A stretch of DNA of 64,000 nucleotides from the NCBI RefSeq assembly GCF_009914755.1, contig NC_060928.1; one strand, given 5' to 3'. Of the stretch, positions 39,575 through 52,749 are shown piece after piece. Below the pieces are notes generated by a model. That model did no database searches. It was given only the letters and a program-made list of their open reading frames with translations, and was not told the origin of the DNA. A program made the position numbers and the translations under genes. The stretch comes from the human T2T-CHM13v2.0 reference genome, Homo sapiens. Each line of letters begins with the position of its first letter. Within the stretch, counting starts at the first letter, position 1.

Positions 39575-42500
39575 TATTTTTGGTTTTTATTTTTTATTTC
39601 AACAGGTTTTTGTGTATGGGTGGTGTTTGGTTACATTAATAAGTTCTTTAGTGGTGATTTAGTGCACACCATACTCAGTGTGCAGTCTTTTATCCCTCAC
39701 ACCCCTCTCACCCTTCCCCCCAAGCCTCCAAAGTCCATTGTATCATTCTTATGCCTTTGCATCCTCATAGCTTAGCTCCCACTTATGAGAACATATGATG
39801 TTTGGTATTTTATTCCAAAAACCAAACATCACATGTTCTCACTCAAAAGTGAAGAGTTAGTTCACTTAGAATAATAGTCCGCAGTTCCACCCAGGTTGCC
39901 ACAAATGCCATTGTTTTGTTCCTTTTTATGGCTAAGCAGTATTCCATGGTAAATATGTACACATTTTCTTTATCCACTCATTAATGGATGGGCATGTGGG
40001 TTGGTTCCTTATTTTTGCAATTGCGAATTGTGCTGCTGTAAACATATGTGTGCAAGTGTCTTTTTCATATAATGACTTATTTTCCTCTGGGTAGATACCT
40101 AGGAGTGGGATTGTGAGATCAAATGGTAGACCTACTATTAGTTCTTTAAGAATCACCATTCTGTTTTCCACAGTAGTTGTACTAGTTTACATTCTCACCA
40201 GCAGTGTAATCGTGTTCCCTTTCCACCCCATCCACACCAACGTCTATTTTTTTTTATTTTTTTATTATCACCATTCTTGCAGGAATGAGGTGGTATCACA
40301 TTGTGGTTTTGATTTGTATTTCCCCGATAATTAGTGACATTGAGCATTTTTTCATATGTTTGTTGGTCATTTGCATGTCTTCTTTTGAGAATTGTTTATT
40401 CATGTCCTTAGCCCACTTTTTGATGGGATTTTATTTTTCCTGCTGATTTGTTTGACCTCCTTGTAGATTCTGGACATTAGTCCTTTGTCAGATGCATAGT
40501 TTGCTAAGATTTTCTCCCAGTCTGTGGGTTGGTTGTCTGTTTACTCTGCTGATTATTTCTTTTGCTGTGCAGCAGCCTTTTAGTTTAATTAAGTCCTATC
40601 TATTTATCTTTGTGGTTGCATTTGCTTTTGGGTACTTGGTAAAGAAGTATTTGCCTAAGCCAATGTCTAGAAGGGTTTTTCTGATGTTATCTTCTAGAAT
40701 TTTTATGCTTTCAGATCTTGGATTTAACTCTTTGATCTATCTTGAGTTGATTTTTACATAAGGTGGAAGATGAGGATCCAGTTTTATTCTTCTTCATGTG
40801 ACTTGCCAATTATCCCAGCACCATTTGTTGAATAGGGTATTCTTTCCTCACTTTATGTTTTTGTTTGCTTTCTCAAAGATCAGTTGGCTATAAGTGTTTG
40901 GGTTTATTTCTGGGTTCTCTGTTCTGTTCCATTGGTCTTTGTGCCTATTTTTATACCAGTACCATGTTGTTTCGGTGACTATGGCCTTATAGTACAGTTT
41001 GAAATCAGGTAACATGATGCCTCCAGATTTCTTCTTTTTGCTTAGTCTTGTTTTGGCTATGTAGGCTCCTTTTTGGTTCCACATGAATTTTAGGATAGTT
41101 TTCTCTAGTTCTGTGAAGAATGATGATGGTATTTTGATGGGAATTGCATTGATTTTGTAGATTGCTTTTGGCAACATGGTCATTTTCACAATATTGATTC
41201 CACCCATCCACTATGTGTTTTCATTATTTGTGTCATCTATGATTTCTTTCAACAGTGTTTTGTAGTTTTTCTTGCAGAGGCCTATCACCTCCTTGGTAGG
41301 GTATATTCCTAAGTATTTTATTTTTATTTTTTACAGCTATTGTAAAAGGGGTTGAGTTCTTGATTTGATTCTCAGCGTGGTCACTATTGGTGTATAGCAT
41401 TGCTACTGATTTGTGTACATGAATTTTGTATCCTGAAACTTCACTGAATTCATTTATCAGTTACAGGAGCTTTTTGGATGAGTCTTTAGGGTTTTCTAGG
41501 TATACAATCATATCATCGGCAAACAGTGACAGTTTGGCTTCCTCGTTATTGATTTGGATCCCCTTTCTTTCTTTCTTTTGTCTGATTGCTCTACCTAGGA
41601 TTTCCAGTATTATGTTGAATAGAAGCGGTGAAAGTGGACATCCTTTCCAGTGTTCCAGTTCTCAGAGGGAATGCTTTCAACTTTTCCCCATCTAGTATGA
41701 TCTTGACGGTGGGTTTTTCATAGATGGCTTTTATTACCTTAAAGTATGTACCTTCTGTGCCAATTTTGCTGAGGGTTTGAATCATAAAGGGATGTGGATT
41801 TTGTCAAATGCTTTTTCTATGTCTATTGAGATGATCATGTCATTTTTGTTTTTAATTCTGTTTATGTGATGTATCACATTTATTGACTTGCATATGTTAA
41901 AACATCCCTGGATCCCTGGTGTGAAATCCACTTGATCATGATGGACTATCTTTTTGATATGCTGTGGGATTCATTTAGCTAGTATTTTGTTGAGGATTTT
42001 TGCATCTATATTCATATTCATCAGGGATATTGGCCTGTGGTTTTATTTTTGTTACGTGCTTCCCTGGTTTTGGTATTAGAGTGATACTAAATTCATAGAA
42101 TGATTTAAGGAGTATTCCCTCTTTCTCTGTCTTTTCGAATAGTGTCAGTAGGATTGGTACCAATTCTTCTTTAAACGTCTGATAGAATTCAGCTGTGAAT
42201 CCATCTGATCCTAGATATTTTTTTTGGCAGTTTTTTAATTACCATTTCCATCTGACTGCTTTTTATTGGTTTGTTCAGAGTTTCTATTTCTTCCTGGTTT
42301 AATCTAGGAGGATTGTATATTTCCAGGAATTTATCCATCTCCTCTAGATTTTCTAGTTTGTGTGCATAAAGTTGTTCATAGTAGCCTTGAATGGTCTTTT
42401 GTATTTCTGCAGTATTGGTTGTAATATCTCTCACTTCATTTCTAATTGAGCTTATTTGGATCCTCTCTCTTCTTTTCTTGGTTAATCTCACTAATGGTCT

Positions 42501-43166
42501 ATCAATTTTTTTTAATCTTTTCAAAGAAGCAGCTTTTCGTTTCATTTATCTTTTGTATTGTTTTTGTTTCCATTTCATTTAGTTCTGGTCAGATCTTCGT
42601 TGTTTCTTTTCTTTGCCGGGTTTGAGATTGGTTTGTTCTTGTTTCTCTAGTTCCTTGAGTTGTGATGTTAGATTGTCTTTTTGTGCTCTTTCAGACTTCG
42701 TGATGTAGGCATTCAACGCTATGAACTTACCTCTTACACCACTTTTGCTGTATCCCAGAGGTTTTGATAAGTTGTATCGCTATTATTGTTCAGTTCAAAG
42801 AATTTTCTAATTTCCATCTGGATTTCATTGTTGACCACTGATCACTCAGGAGCAGGTTATTTGCTTTCCATGTATTTGCATAGTTTTGTGGGTTCCTTTT
42901 AAAGTTGATTTTCACTGTGGTCTGAGAGAATATTTGATATAATTTTGGTTTTCTAAAATGTATTGGGACTTGTTTTGTGGCCTATTATATGGTCTATCTT
43001 GGAGAATGTTCCATGTGCTGATGAAAAGAATGTATATTCTGCAGCTTTTGGGTAGAATGTTCTGTAAATATCTGTTAAGTCCATTTGCTGTAGGGTATAG
43101 TGTAAGTCCATTGTTTCTTTGTTGACTTTCTGTCTTGATGACCTATCTAGTCCTGTCAGTGGAATA
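39575..43166 (-). mobile_element. 5'-truncated L1PB1-like LINE-1 (~3.6 kb)
   Basis: L1PB 3' UTR (AAGTCCATTGTATCATTCTTATGCCTTTGCATCCTCATAGCTTAGCTCCCAC) and frameshifted ORF2 peptides ([36 protein letters not shown]). Confidence 0.92.
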
Positions 43167-44112
43167 GTCCCCAGTGTCTATTTTTCCTATCTTTGTATCA
43201 ATAGGTACCCCATGTTTATTTTCCACTTATAAGTGAGAACATGTTGTATTTGATGTTCTGTTCTTGCATTAATTTGATTAGGATAATGGCCTCCAACTGC
43301 ATCCACACATGTTGTATTTGATGTTCTGTTCCTGCATTAATTTGGTTAGGATAATGGCCTCCAACTGCATCCACATTGCTGCAAAGAACATGGTTTCATT
43401 CTTTTTTGTGGCTGTCTAGTATTCCATGGTGTATACATGCCACATTTTCTTTATCCAATCCACAATTGATAGGCACCTTGGTTGATTCCATGTCTTTGCT
43501 ATTGTGAATAGTGCTGCAATGAACATACAAATACATGTGTTTTAATGGTAGAATGATTTATTTTCCTTTGGATATATACCCAGTAATGGGATTGCTGGGT
43601 CAAATGGTAGTTCTATTTTAAGTTCTTGAGAAATCTTCAAATTTCTTTCCACAGTGCCTGAACTAATTTATTTTTCCATCAACAGTATATATGCATTCCC
43701 TTTTCTTTGTAGCTTTACCAACATCTGTCATTTTTTGGCCTTTCAATAATGGTAATTCTGACTGGTGTGAGATGAGTCAAAATCATCATGATTTCGATTT
43801 GCAATTCTCTGTTAATTAGTGATGCTGAGCATTTTTTAAAATGTTTATTGACTGCTTGTATGTCTTCTTTTGAGAACTGTCTGTTCATGTTCTTTGCCTA
43901 CCTTTTAAAGGGGGTATTAGTTTTTGTTTGTTGCATTAAGTTTCTTATAGATGGTAGTTATTAGACCTTTGTTGGATTCATAGTTTGTGAATATTTTCTC
44001 CTATTCTGTAGGTTGTCTGTTCACTCTGTTGATGATAGTTTCTTTTGCTGTGTAGAAACACTTTAGTTTAATTAAGTCCCATATGTCAATTTTTCTTTTT
44101 GTTGCAATTGCT
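43167..44112 (-). mobile_element. L1PA15/16-like fragment (partial 3' UTR and ORF2 C-terminus)
   Basis: GCATTAATTTG.TTAGGATAATGGCCTCCAACTGCATCCA 3' UTR-adjacent motif; peptide [19 protein letters not shown]. Confidence 0.85.
43239..43374. repeat. 68-bp tandem duplication
   Basis: Copies at 43239-43306 and 43307-43374 differ at 2 positions. Confidence 0.95.
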
Positions 44113-44178
44113 CTTTTTAAAATAATTTCAACTTTTATTTTAGGTTGAGGGAGTACATATGCTGGTTTGTTACATGGA
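44113..44178 (-). mobile_element. Extreme 3' tip (~65 bp) of an old L1PA
   Basis: CAACTTTTATTTTAGGTTGAGGGAGTACATATGCTGGTTTGTTACATGG. Confidence 0.7.
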
Positions 44179-45659
44179 ACTACCCATGTCTTGACATCAT
44201 CACTCACACAGGGATTACTTTAATCACTTCCTAGCAAGCCTCTTTATCCTCCAATTCATGCTATAGTTACTGCCAATATACATTTCCCTAAACATTGCTT
44301 ATGTTAGTCTCTGCTCAAAAACAATCTAGATCTCCCTGCTTAAAACTCTATGCAATGTAAATGTCTTTGCTTAATTTTTAAGACATCTCAGAATACCTAT
44401 CCGTGTTTCCCACAAACTCTTTTGCCTAATACAGTCAGTATCCTCATGGCTATATAAAAATCTGTTGCTTCTGAACATTTTCAAGTATTTTTCCCTCACC
44501 TAAGCAGCAGTTTTCAACTCTGCTGCCTTTTAAGTTTCAGCCTATCCTTCAAGGCTAAGACCTACTCTCTCCATATTAACTTCCCAGTCTGCGTTTTTTT
44601 TCATCTCCCCTCTATGCTCCTGCAGCACTCATGGCATATTCCACATAGATCAACACCTGTGCACAAAAGTATTCAAAAGCTCATTCATTTTATCTTGGTT
44701 TTTCCAGTATTACCTCCTAGGAGGCAGGAACTGCATTTTACACAGACTCCAAAGCACTTGCACAGTAATGAACATACAATAGGAATTTATTAGCTAGACA
44801 CTCAGAAGGTTTATGAACCCTCTTTTTGCCTATTTATATTTTCTAAAAGATATTGATCTTTTATTTATTTCAGTAAAATATTACATGCATGTATAGTATG
44901 AAATAGGTTTATAGCCTCTATTTAAGAGATCTTTCTGGGACGCTCAAAACAATCTAATAAGCACTTAGAATGATACTTTTATTTCTTCTCACTTTCTCTT
45001 CTTTTCTATACAGAGAACCTTGGCAATATCCTGAATTTAGTACTAAAAGCAAAGGATAAGGAAGGTGTTATGTGGCCTCTGTATAACAGAGAATGTTCTA
45101 TACTGAAAACTTATGATATACTTTCTACCTTAGACAAAGCCAGACAGGTAAGATTTTCTTTATCATAGTGTCTAGCACAAGCTGGGGAATATAACTGCTC
45201 AATAAATTATTGTTAAGTGATTGAATTTTTGATAATTCACTCAATAGAACCTTCCATTTCTGAAATATGCACATAATATCTTCAGGAATTAGATCTGAGT
45301 AGCATTTCCCAAGGCAATCCCTCATTCTAACTTTGAGAAGGAATGTGATTAATTTGAAGCTGCTATTCTAATTTTTCATTTTTAGATTTTTACTATTATC
45401 TTGTTTTAGATTTTTACTACTATCTGGAGAAACAGCAGGCCAAGAGCCTTGCTTCCATACCACCAGCAATTTCTTTTGGGTAGCAAAACAATTTAGAGCT
45501 ATAGAAACAGTATTAGAAACCATGTATTCCAACCCATTCACTCTTCAGATGAGGAAAACATCTCTCAGGTTAGATGGGGAAGCCAAGACAGAAATCAAGC
45601 TCTTTTAAACAAGTAACTACCTTACCTACATTTAAATAAATAAGGATGGCAAAATACCA

Positions 45660-47760
45660 TGCAATCTTGGGGCTGAATAGAACTTACAGATGGTTCATTA
45701 TTCTTTGTTTTAGCACTTCCAGTAATTGGCAAACAGCTCTTTCTACAATGGAATGCCTCTAAAAATTAGAAATATTCTCAAAAGAGTATTTCTCAGTGAA
45801 TTATGTTGAATCAAAATTCATCTTCCCAGAACTTAGTAGCAACAGCCCTAGTTTTGAATTCTCAAACAGTAACAACAATCCACTCCCTCTTCCATGGGAC
45901 TGAACTAAACAATTTATACAACCCTTAAGATTTTCTCTTCCCAAGTTCCTCTAAACTTCCTTTTTTATGGCATGGCTTCCCTCTGTTTTGACAATAATCT
46001 TATTAGAATTTGTTCTTGAATCTTAGAATGCTTTCAATTAAAGGCGACAGAAAAATCAAACTCAAGTTGGCTTAAAGAATAACTAAAAACTCCAGGGTAA
46101 TTTAGGCACAGTTCCATCAGAGCGCTGGGTCCATTTTCCAGTGGTTTGCTCTGCTCCACTTTTATCGGTGTTAACTTTCTCCCCAGACTGACTTCCCTCC
46201 TAGCTGTTGGATGCCTGCCAGCAGTAATTAGTGCTGCATGATGCCTCATTCAGCAAGAAAGGCAGGTTGCTACCCATTAACTGCTGAAAAAAAAGAAAAC
46301 ACTGAGATTTACATCAATTGGCCACCCCTGAACCAATCCGTAAAACCAGGGGAATGCCACACACTGATAAGCTTAGGCCTGGATTAATTAAACCAATTAC
46401 AGTGCAAAGGAAGATGGAATTTTCCTGATTGGCCTTAGCTGAGCATAGCTTACTCTTGAAGCTAGGGTGAGGTCAAGTTCACTCAAACCTTATTGCTGGT
46501 ATTAACAGAGAAGGTGTAATGGATGTTGAGGAAAAAACCATAGCTTCCGTCCACCATGCGTGTATACCTGTATGTAACACTCAGGATAGGTCTGACAAAT
46601 GTCCGAGTTCAGTGAGATATTAGAAATCAGTCTTGTGGCCATTTCCCTCATTTTGAAAATGTTCTTCTATTAACATAGTCTTACCTTGAATTCACTTTCT
46701 TTTTTTAAGCCGGTGTAATTGTTAGAGTTTGTGGTTACTGAAGTACCTAAAGCGGTTTTTTAATTTCATTTTATACTCCTTTCGAGTTGAACTTTTAAAA
46801 CCTCCCCGCCAAATGTATTCTTATGGAACTGATGGCAAAAACCAAAACAGTACATTAATTCGGCTCCACAATCTCCATGTTCTGTTTTTTATGCATTGTT
46901 CTATCTACTAAAACACTTCAAATTATGTTTCTAAAAGTCAGTACATTAGCTGACCCTTTGCAGACTGATGCCTCTTCACCCAGATTGGGTTTTTAAATGT
47001 GACCAAGACAAAGCCAGAGACAAAGCCATGAGACGTGCTGTGAGAAACCTTCCTGCAAGCTAACATCAAATTAATAACTACATGCAGTTGTTCAACCAGC
47101 TTTACATATCTGCTTACGTCCACTGTCATTCAGTCATATTTCTACCCTTGTTCCCAAGGACATACGAGTGATTTCGTCAAAATCCCTACCTAAACACAAA
47201 TATTGCAACCTCCCAACCCCCTAAAATTTCCCCTGCTACTCAACCTACAGAAAATTAAATGAGGCTAATTTGGCAGGAATGCTTTTAGTGCACTCAGACT
47301 GGATCTTAGAGGTTGTCTCATTATTTTCTAAGTGATTTCAATTCCTTGTTAAAGTAATCCATTCTAAAATGCTGTTAAAGATCAACATTGCTGATCTAGT
47401 AGTTTCCAGAATCTACCTTTTAACCCTTTGAGAGAATTGGGGTGATATTTGCTTAGATCGCATCTTCTAGCAGCACTCCCCTTCTCTGTGATTTCTGTGG
47501 ATTACTGCCAATCATTCTATGATTACATCTGTAAGTCCTTTCGACACCTTGGAATGTAATTTGTCTATGACTGCAAACTTGAATTCATTTAGAATGTCTG
47601 GGTGGCTTCCTATAGTCTCTTCTTTTTACTTTTTCTGGGACTTCAATTCATTGTTAATGGTGTTTTTCTAGCTGTTCTATTTTGATGATAACTTCTTCAT
47701 AGTGGCAAGGACAGATTCAAAATAGGAACAGAGTAATTCTGCCTCCTGCCTGTATTTGTT
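45660..47760 (-). mobile_element. L3/CR1 LINE remnants interrupted by an MLT1 LTR
   Basis: CR1-like reverse RT pieces: TAGTTTCCAGAATCTACCTTTT, ATTACATCTGTAAGTCCTTTCGACACCTTGGAATGTAATTTGTCT, AAATGAGGCTAATTTGGCAGGA. Confidence 0.6.
46020..46557 (-). mobile_element. MLT1K/L-like LTR
   Basis: GACAGAAAAATCAAACTCAAGTTGGCTTAA and CCCCTGAACCAATC...CCAGGGGAATG motifs. Confidence 0.6.
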
Positions 47761-47819
47761 AGCCTCTCATCATCTATTCTAAACAGTGGGCTGATGCACT
47801 ATATTCTCATAATTATGAT

Positions 47820-48172
47820 TCCTAGCTTTTGCAGAAGTACTTTTCTCTGCTGGGAACACTCTTACTGTTCTCAAACTTTCTATAATCTAACTTTTATTCA
47901 TCCATCAAGTCTTAGCAATAATCTCTCTTAGGAGCCTTCATTGATCCTTCAAAGCTAAATTAGATCCCCCTCCTATATCTTATGATACCTTATGATAGCC
48001 CTTTGGTGGAATTTAGTAGACTGTATTGTAAATGCCTGTTAGCATGGCTGCATTTCCCATTTGACTATAAGTGGTTAGAGGATAAGGATCTTTCCTTGTT
48101 CTCTTCTGCAGAGATTTTCATAGTTCTTGGCACCAAATAGGTGCTTAGTATTAATAATTGTTCAATGAATTA
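47820..48172 (+). mobile_element. L2 3' end
   Basis: TTCCCATTTGACTATAAG...CTTGGCACCAAATAGGTGCTTAGT...TTGTTCAATGAAT. Confidence 0.65.
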
Positions 48173-50014
48173 AACCTGTAAAGGTCCTTTTGGTTAACTT
48201 TGAGCATTTTTTAATTTCTTATATTTTCTTCCAAGATTTATTTTACTGCCACATCAAGTTTCCTTGGTGGTTGAAAGTAAATCTAGAATAATAATTTCTT
48301 CACAAGTTTTTTTCAGTGAAAAGCTTCCTTGTCTAACCTCTGAGGTATTAATTTTTTGGGAAGCTTAAAATAATGTTTCTTATGAAAAAAGGAAAAAATC
48401 TTCTAATATACATATATCCTGGATCAGAAAATATGCTCATCATAAATGTTTGAGGTGCATGGAGTATACTTCACAAATGGAAGCGTGAAAATAAAAGTGA
48501 GATGACTATTTTTGTAGAGACAAAATGTAACAAATTTCATTAGAATTTTTTTAAACACAGGATTTTTAAAAAACACATTTCAGTCATTAAGACAACTTTA
48601 ATATTTTGAAAGCTTGAAAAATATATTTTTTCTCAAATGCACTCAGTAAATTTTACAATCTTTCGTTTTTCTGTTTATCAATGGTATTTCCTACTGATAC
48701 ACTTTTCTTACAACAATAAATCTCCTTAACTTATTCAACTTTATAAACACCTGTTCAGTAGTTTATAAAATTTTAAAGCTAATGGTATAACAAACTCAAA
48801 TGATGATATTTTATATTTATAAGTGCATCCTGAGATGAATAAGTAATGAAAACACAGTCTGCTGCTACTAAAAGTGAGGGGCTTAAGAAGTTTAGCTACA
48901 AAGAGATGGAACGCACTTGATTTCATCTGGTTTTAAAATTTAAGTAGATTTGATCCAGGTTGGTTCTTAAGGAGGTCAACAGAAAATACCCTATTATTTT
49001 TTCTTCTGTTCAGCACTGGATATGCAGTAATTTTCCTGATCTACTGCCACAGATTGAATGCATTGTTGCATTTTTTTTCAAATTATCTTGTGTTATATGA
49101 CATGCTTGCTGACAGACTAGGCTGACCACAGTTTTCAATTAAACTTATCAGTCAAAGGTCATTTACAAGCAACTGCGATTGACTGAGACACAGAAGTATT
49201 ATTTTCATTGATTAGGGTTTAAAGAGAAAAATTGTTGCCAATTGGTACAGTCGAAAGATATAGTACAAATAATCTGTAGCTACATTTTAGCCAAGTGCAA
49301 TGACAGATTCCAAGAGAGAGGACTTAAAAATGTCATCTTTAGTTTTTTAAAGAAAAATATTATTAATATAGTTATAATTCATTTGTATGCAGCCACCAAA
49401 AGAAAAAATATCTGCAATATAATACAATATAATGGTAACAACAATGTAACACTAACACATATTTTATACTGCATGTTAATTGTAATAGTCAATATGAACT
49501 GTCATGTTTATAATAAAATATAATATTTACATAATAAATATGAGTCATCATATTATCTACTTTCAGTAGAATTAAGAAGATTGGCTTCTAGTGCTGAGAC
49601 AACCATTAATTATCTGTACAATCTAGGGCAAATCATTTAAACTCTCTAGGTCTCAATGATTTCTATACATAAGTATTAACCCCTCAAAAAATTATAATCT
49701 ACAAAGTTTATAGTAGAGGGGCCTTGAGTTACTTTTAATATTTCATAAGGCTCTTGGGAACTTTGCACTTAACCACAATAAAAACTCATAAGCCCCATAT
49801 GGTTTCTGATACATAAAAACTAGTTAATAATTAATAAATAATGAAATGAATAGGAGAATAAATGAAAAAGTAAATGAATGAATGAATGAATGAATGAATA
49901 AAAATTAGAACACTAGGTTGATCTTTACTTTATATCAACTCCGTTGTCTACTGGTTATTTCTTGCTGATCTGATTTCCAATTATATATGCTTGTGATTAT
50001 TTAAACATGAATTA

Positions 50015-50448
<434 letters not shown>

Positions 50449-51389
50449 CTATACAAGTACCATAAATCCTTTTCAGTGACTCTATTGCAGCTATGAGGAA
50501 TTCTCAAGCTTTTTCACAGGGATTGTTGTCTATTACTTTCATCATTTTATGTAATATGATCCTACCTGTGACAATCCCTTAGCCTAAAATCTCAACTAAC
50601 ATATTGAAATCAATAAAAATTTTCTTACTTATATACTGGTTCTCACTAATTTCACCTAAGCTCAATTTTATTTCATTTAAAACTATATTTGCCTACACAA
50701 CTCATCCATTCACAATGATTGATTCCAAGGGTGAGATATATTTTATTCCCTCTAGAACAAGAGGTCCTGATCAGAGGGTAAAAGGTAGAAAGGTTTTTTC
50801 CCCCTTATCCTTAGAGAAAATTGTTAGTCCTTCTCCTTATGTAAGGAAGAAAGTAAAATACCTTTTTTTCATTTTTTGAAGTAATGTATGACAACTTAGT
50901 GCTATTTCCTCTAACTTTTCCCTGAATATGTTCCTGATTCCATAACAACCGTACTCATTCTTTATTTTTCTTATAGCTGAGTTGATAATAGGCTCCAATA
51001 TTGTTGTTATTATTGGTATTCACTGGCATTCTCTGTTATATAGCCTTGACTAAAAAGCCATGAAAACAATTTATTGTGGTAAATTATACAACTACTTGTT
51101 CACAAAGCGAGAGTATTAACTGACATTTGTCTTTCCTCTCCTGTTAAGTCTGTTCATTGCTGTTGATGATCAATTCATTATTGTTTAATACATATAATTT
51201 TTATCAAATTTAAATGGACTAGGCTGAATTATGCTGCTCTCTGGATAATAGAATTTTAAGTCAGCAGCATGTTTAATATGCATGGAAAACCCCCCATAAC
51301 CTCTCCAATAAATAAATAAACAAATAAATGTATGGCATATCAGCAAACATGGCCTTTACTTGACATTGGAAGAAACACACGTGTCATGT

Positions 51390-51625
51390 GTTAAATATAT
51401 TTAAATGTGTGTTAATACATTTAATGTTTGTGTTAATACACACATTTAAATAAATATAAATATATAAAATTAAATATAAAAATATATTTTATATTAAAAC
51501 AAAATATAACAATTTTATATTAAAAATAAATATAAAAATATAAAAATATATTTTAAATATAAAAATAAATATAAAAATATATTTTAACTTAAATATATTT
51601 TTATATTTAAGTAAAAATAAATTTC
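51390..51625. repeat. AT-rich low-complexity tract
   Basis: Degenerate ATATAAAA repeats, almost no G or C. Confidence 0.9.
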
Positions 51626-52340
51626 TTAAATCTAATAACTATATCCTTGCTCTTTCAAGACAGAAGGAACTTTTCAAGGTCAAATTAAAATTCTTATTTA
51701 GAAAGTTAAGAAAGCACTGAAATTATTTGGACCTTAGACTATGTAGTTAATCTTATCAAATCTTAGTTTCCATTTTTTTTCTGCCCCACAGGACAGAAGG
51801 CACAGAAGACAAAGCCTATGGCTCACCAAAGTGATAAAGCCAGTAGGGCATACCTACATAATGCTGGGACCCTAAATGGCTCTATCCTGTGTATGGGGTG
51901 TACCAGAAATAAATCCACCCCACAGCACAAGAGAAGGAAATTCTTTCCTATGATTTTTGTGCTGAATTCAGACAAAATATCTCACCTGAACATTCATAGC
52001 CAAAGAACACTCCTCATGCTGATTTGTACACTGAATCCACATTGACTTAGTGGCCTAACAAACCTAAATCCAACAATCTATTTAAAGTGGCCCCAAATAG
52101 TAGTTTCTTCAGGGATCTCAGATAAACCTAGGCAAATTATGTTTGAGGGAATACACATTCCATCCAGGCTTCAAAGGATTTCTACAGATAAAGTCCCAAG
52201 AAACATGAATTTACAGTCAAAATTTAAAAAATAATACCCACAGTAAATCACTTGATAGAGTCCAACAGAAACAACAGATGACAGAAAGACTTTAAAAAAT
52301 AAAAACTAGAAAGAATGAGGAAGGGACAATATTAGAGATG

Positions 52341-52720
52341 GTATCTTAGGTCAGTTTTCCCAGAAGCAGACCCTGAGGCAAGGATTCATGAACAAATGAT
52401 TTAGAAAGGCAATAGTCTCTATAGAGATCAGCAAGGTAGCATGGAAAGCAGAAAAGGGGAGAGAAGAAAGCCATGCCAGGGTGCAGTCTCAGATAAAGCC
52501 CTGCAAATATAGCTTTGGCCTGATCTTGCAGGAGAACGCTGGAGTAAGTTAACCTCAGAGTTGCCCAAGGCAAAGAAGCTAACTTGCTATACTCCTACTT
52601 CTGTGAGCCACTGGTCAAGGGCTGTGTGGAAGGAGTAAATTCTCAGGGACTTCTAGATTTCTGTATATGTGGATAAAAGACCTCCACAGAAAAAGTAACA
52701 TTCTCAAAGAAGAGGCATGG
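52341..52720 (-). mobile_element. LTR16-like ERVL LTR
   Basis: TCTTAGGTCAGTTTTCCCAGAAGCAGACCCTGAGGCAAGGATTCATGAACAAATGATTTA is the typical LTR16 terminus. Confidence 0.7.
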
Positions 52721-52749
52721 TTGCAATTTGCCTGATAATAGTCAAAATT

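Noticed and set aside
43239-43374. Direct repeats as a CRISPR-like or functional array
   Set aside because: Only two adjacent copies with no spacers, inside a primate L1; a simple duplication.
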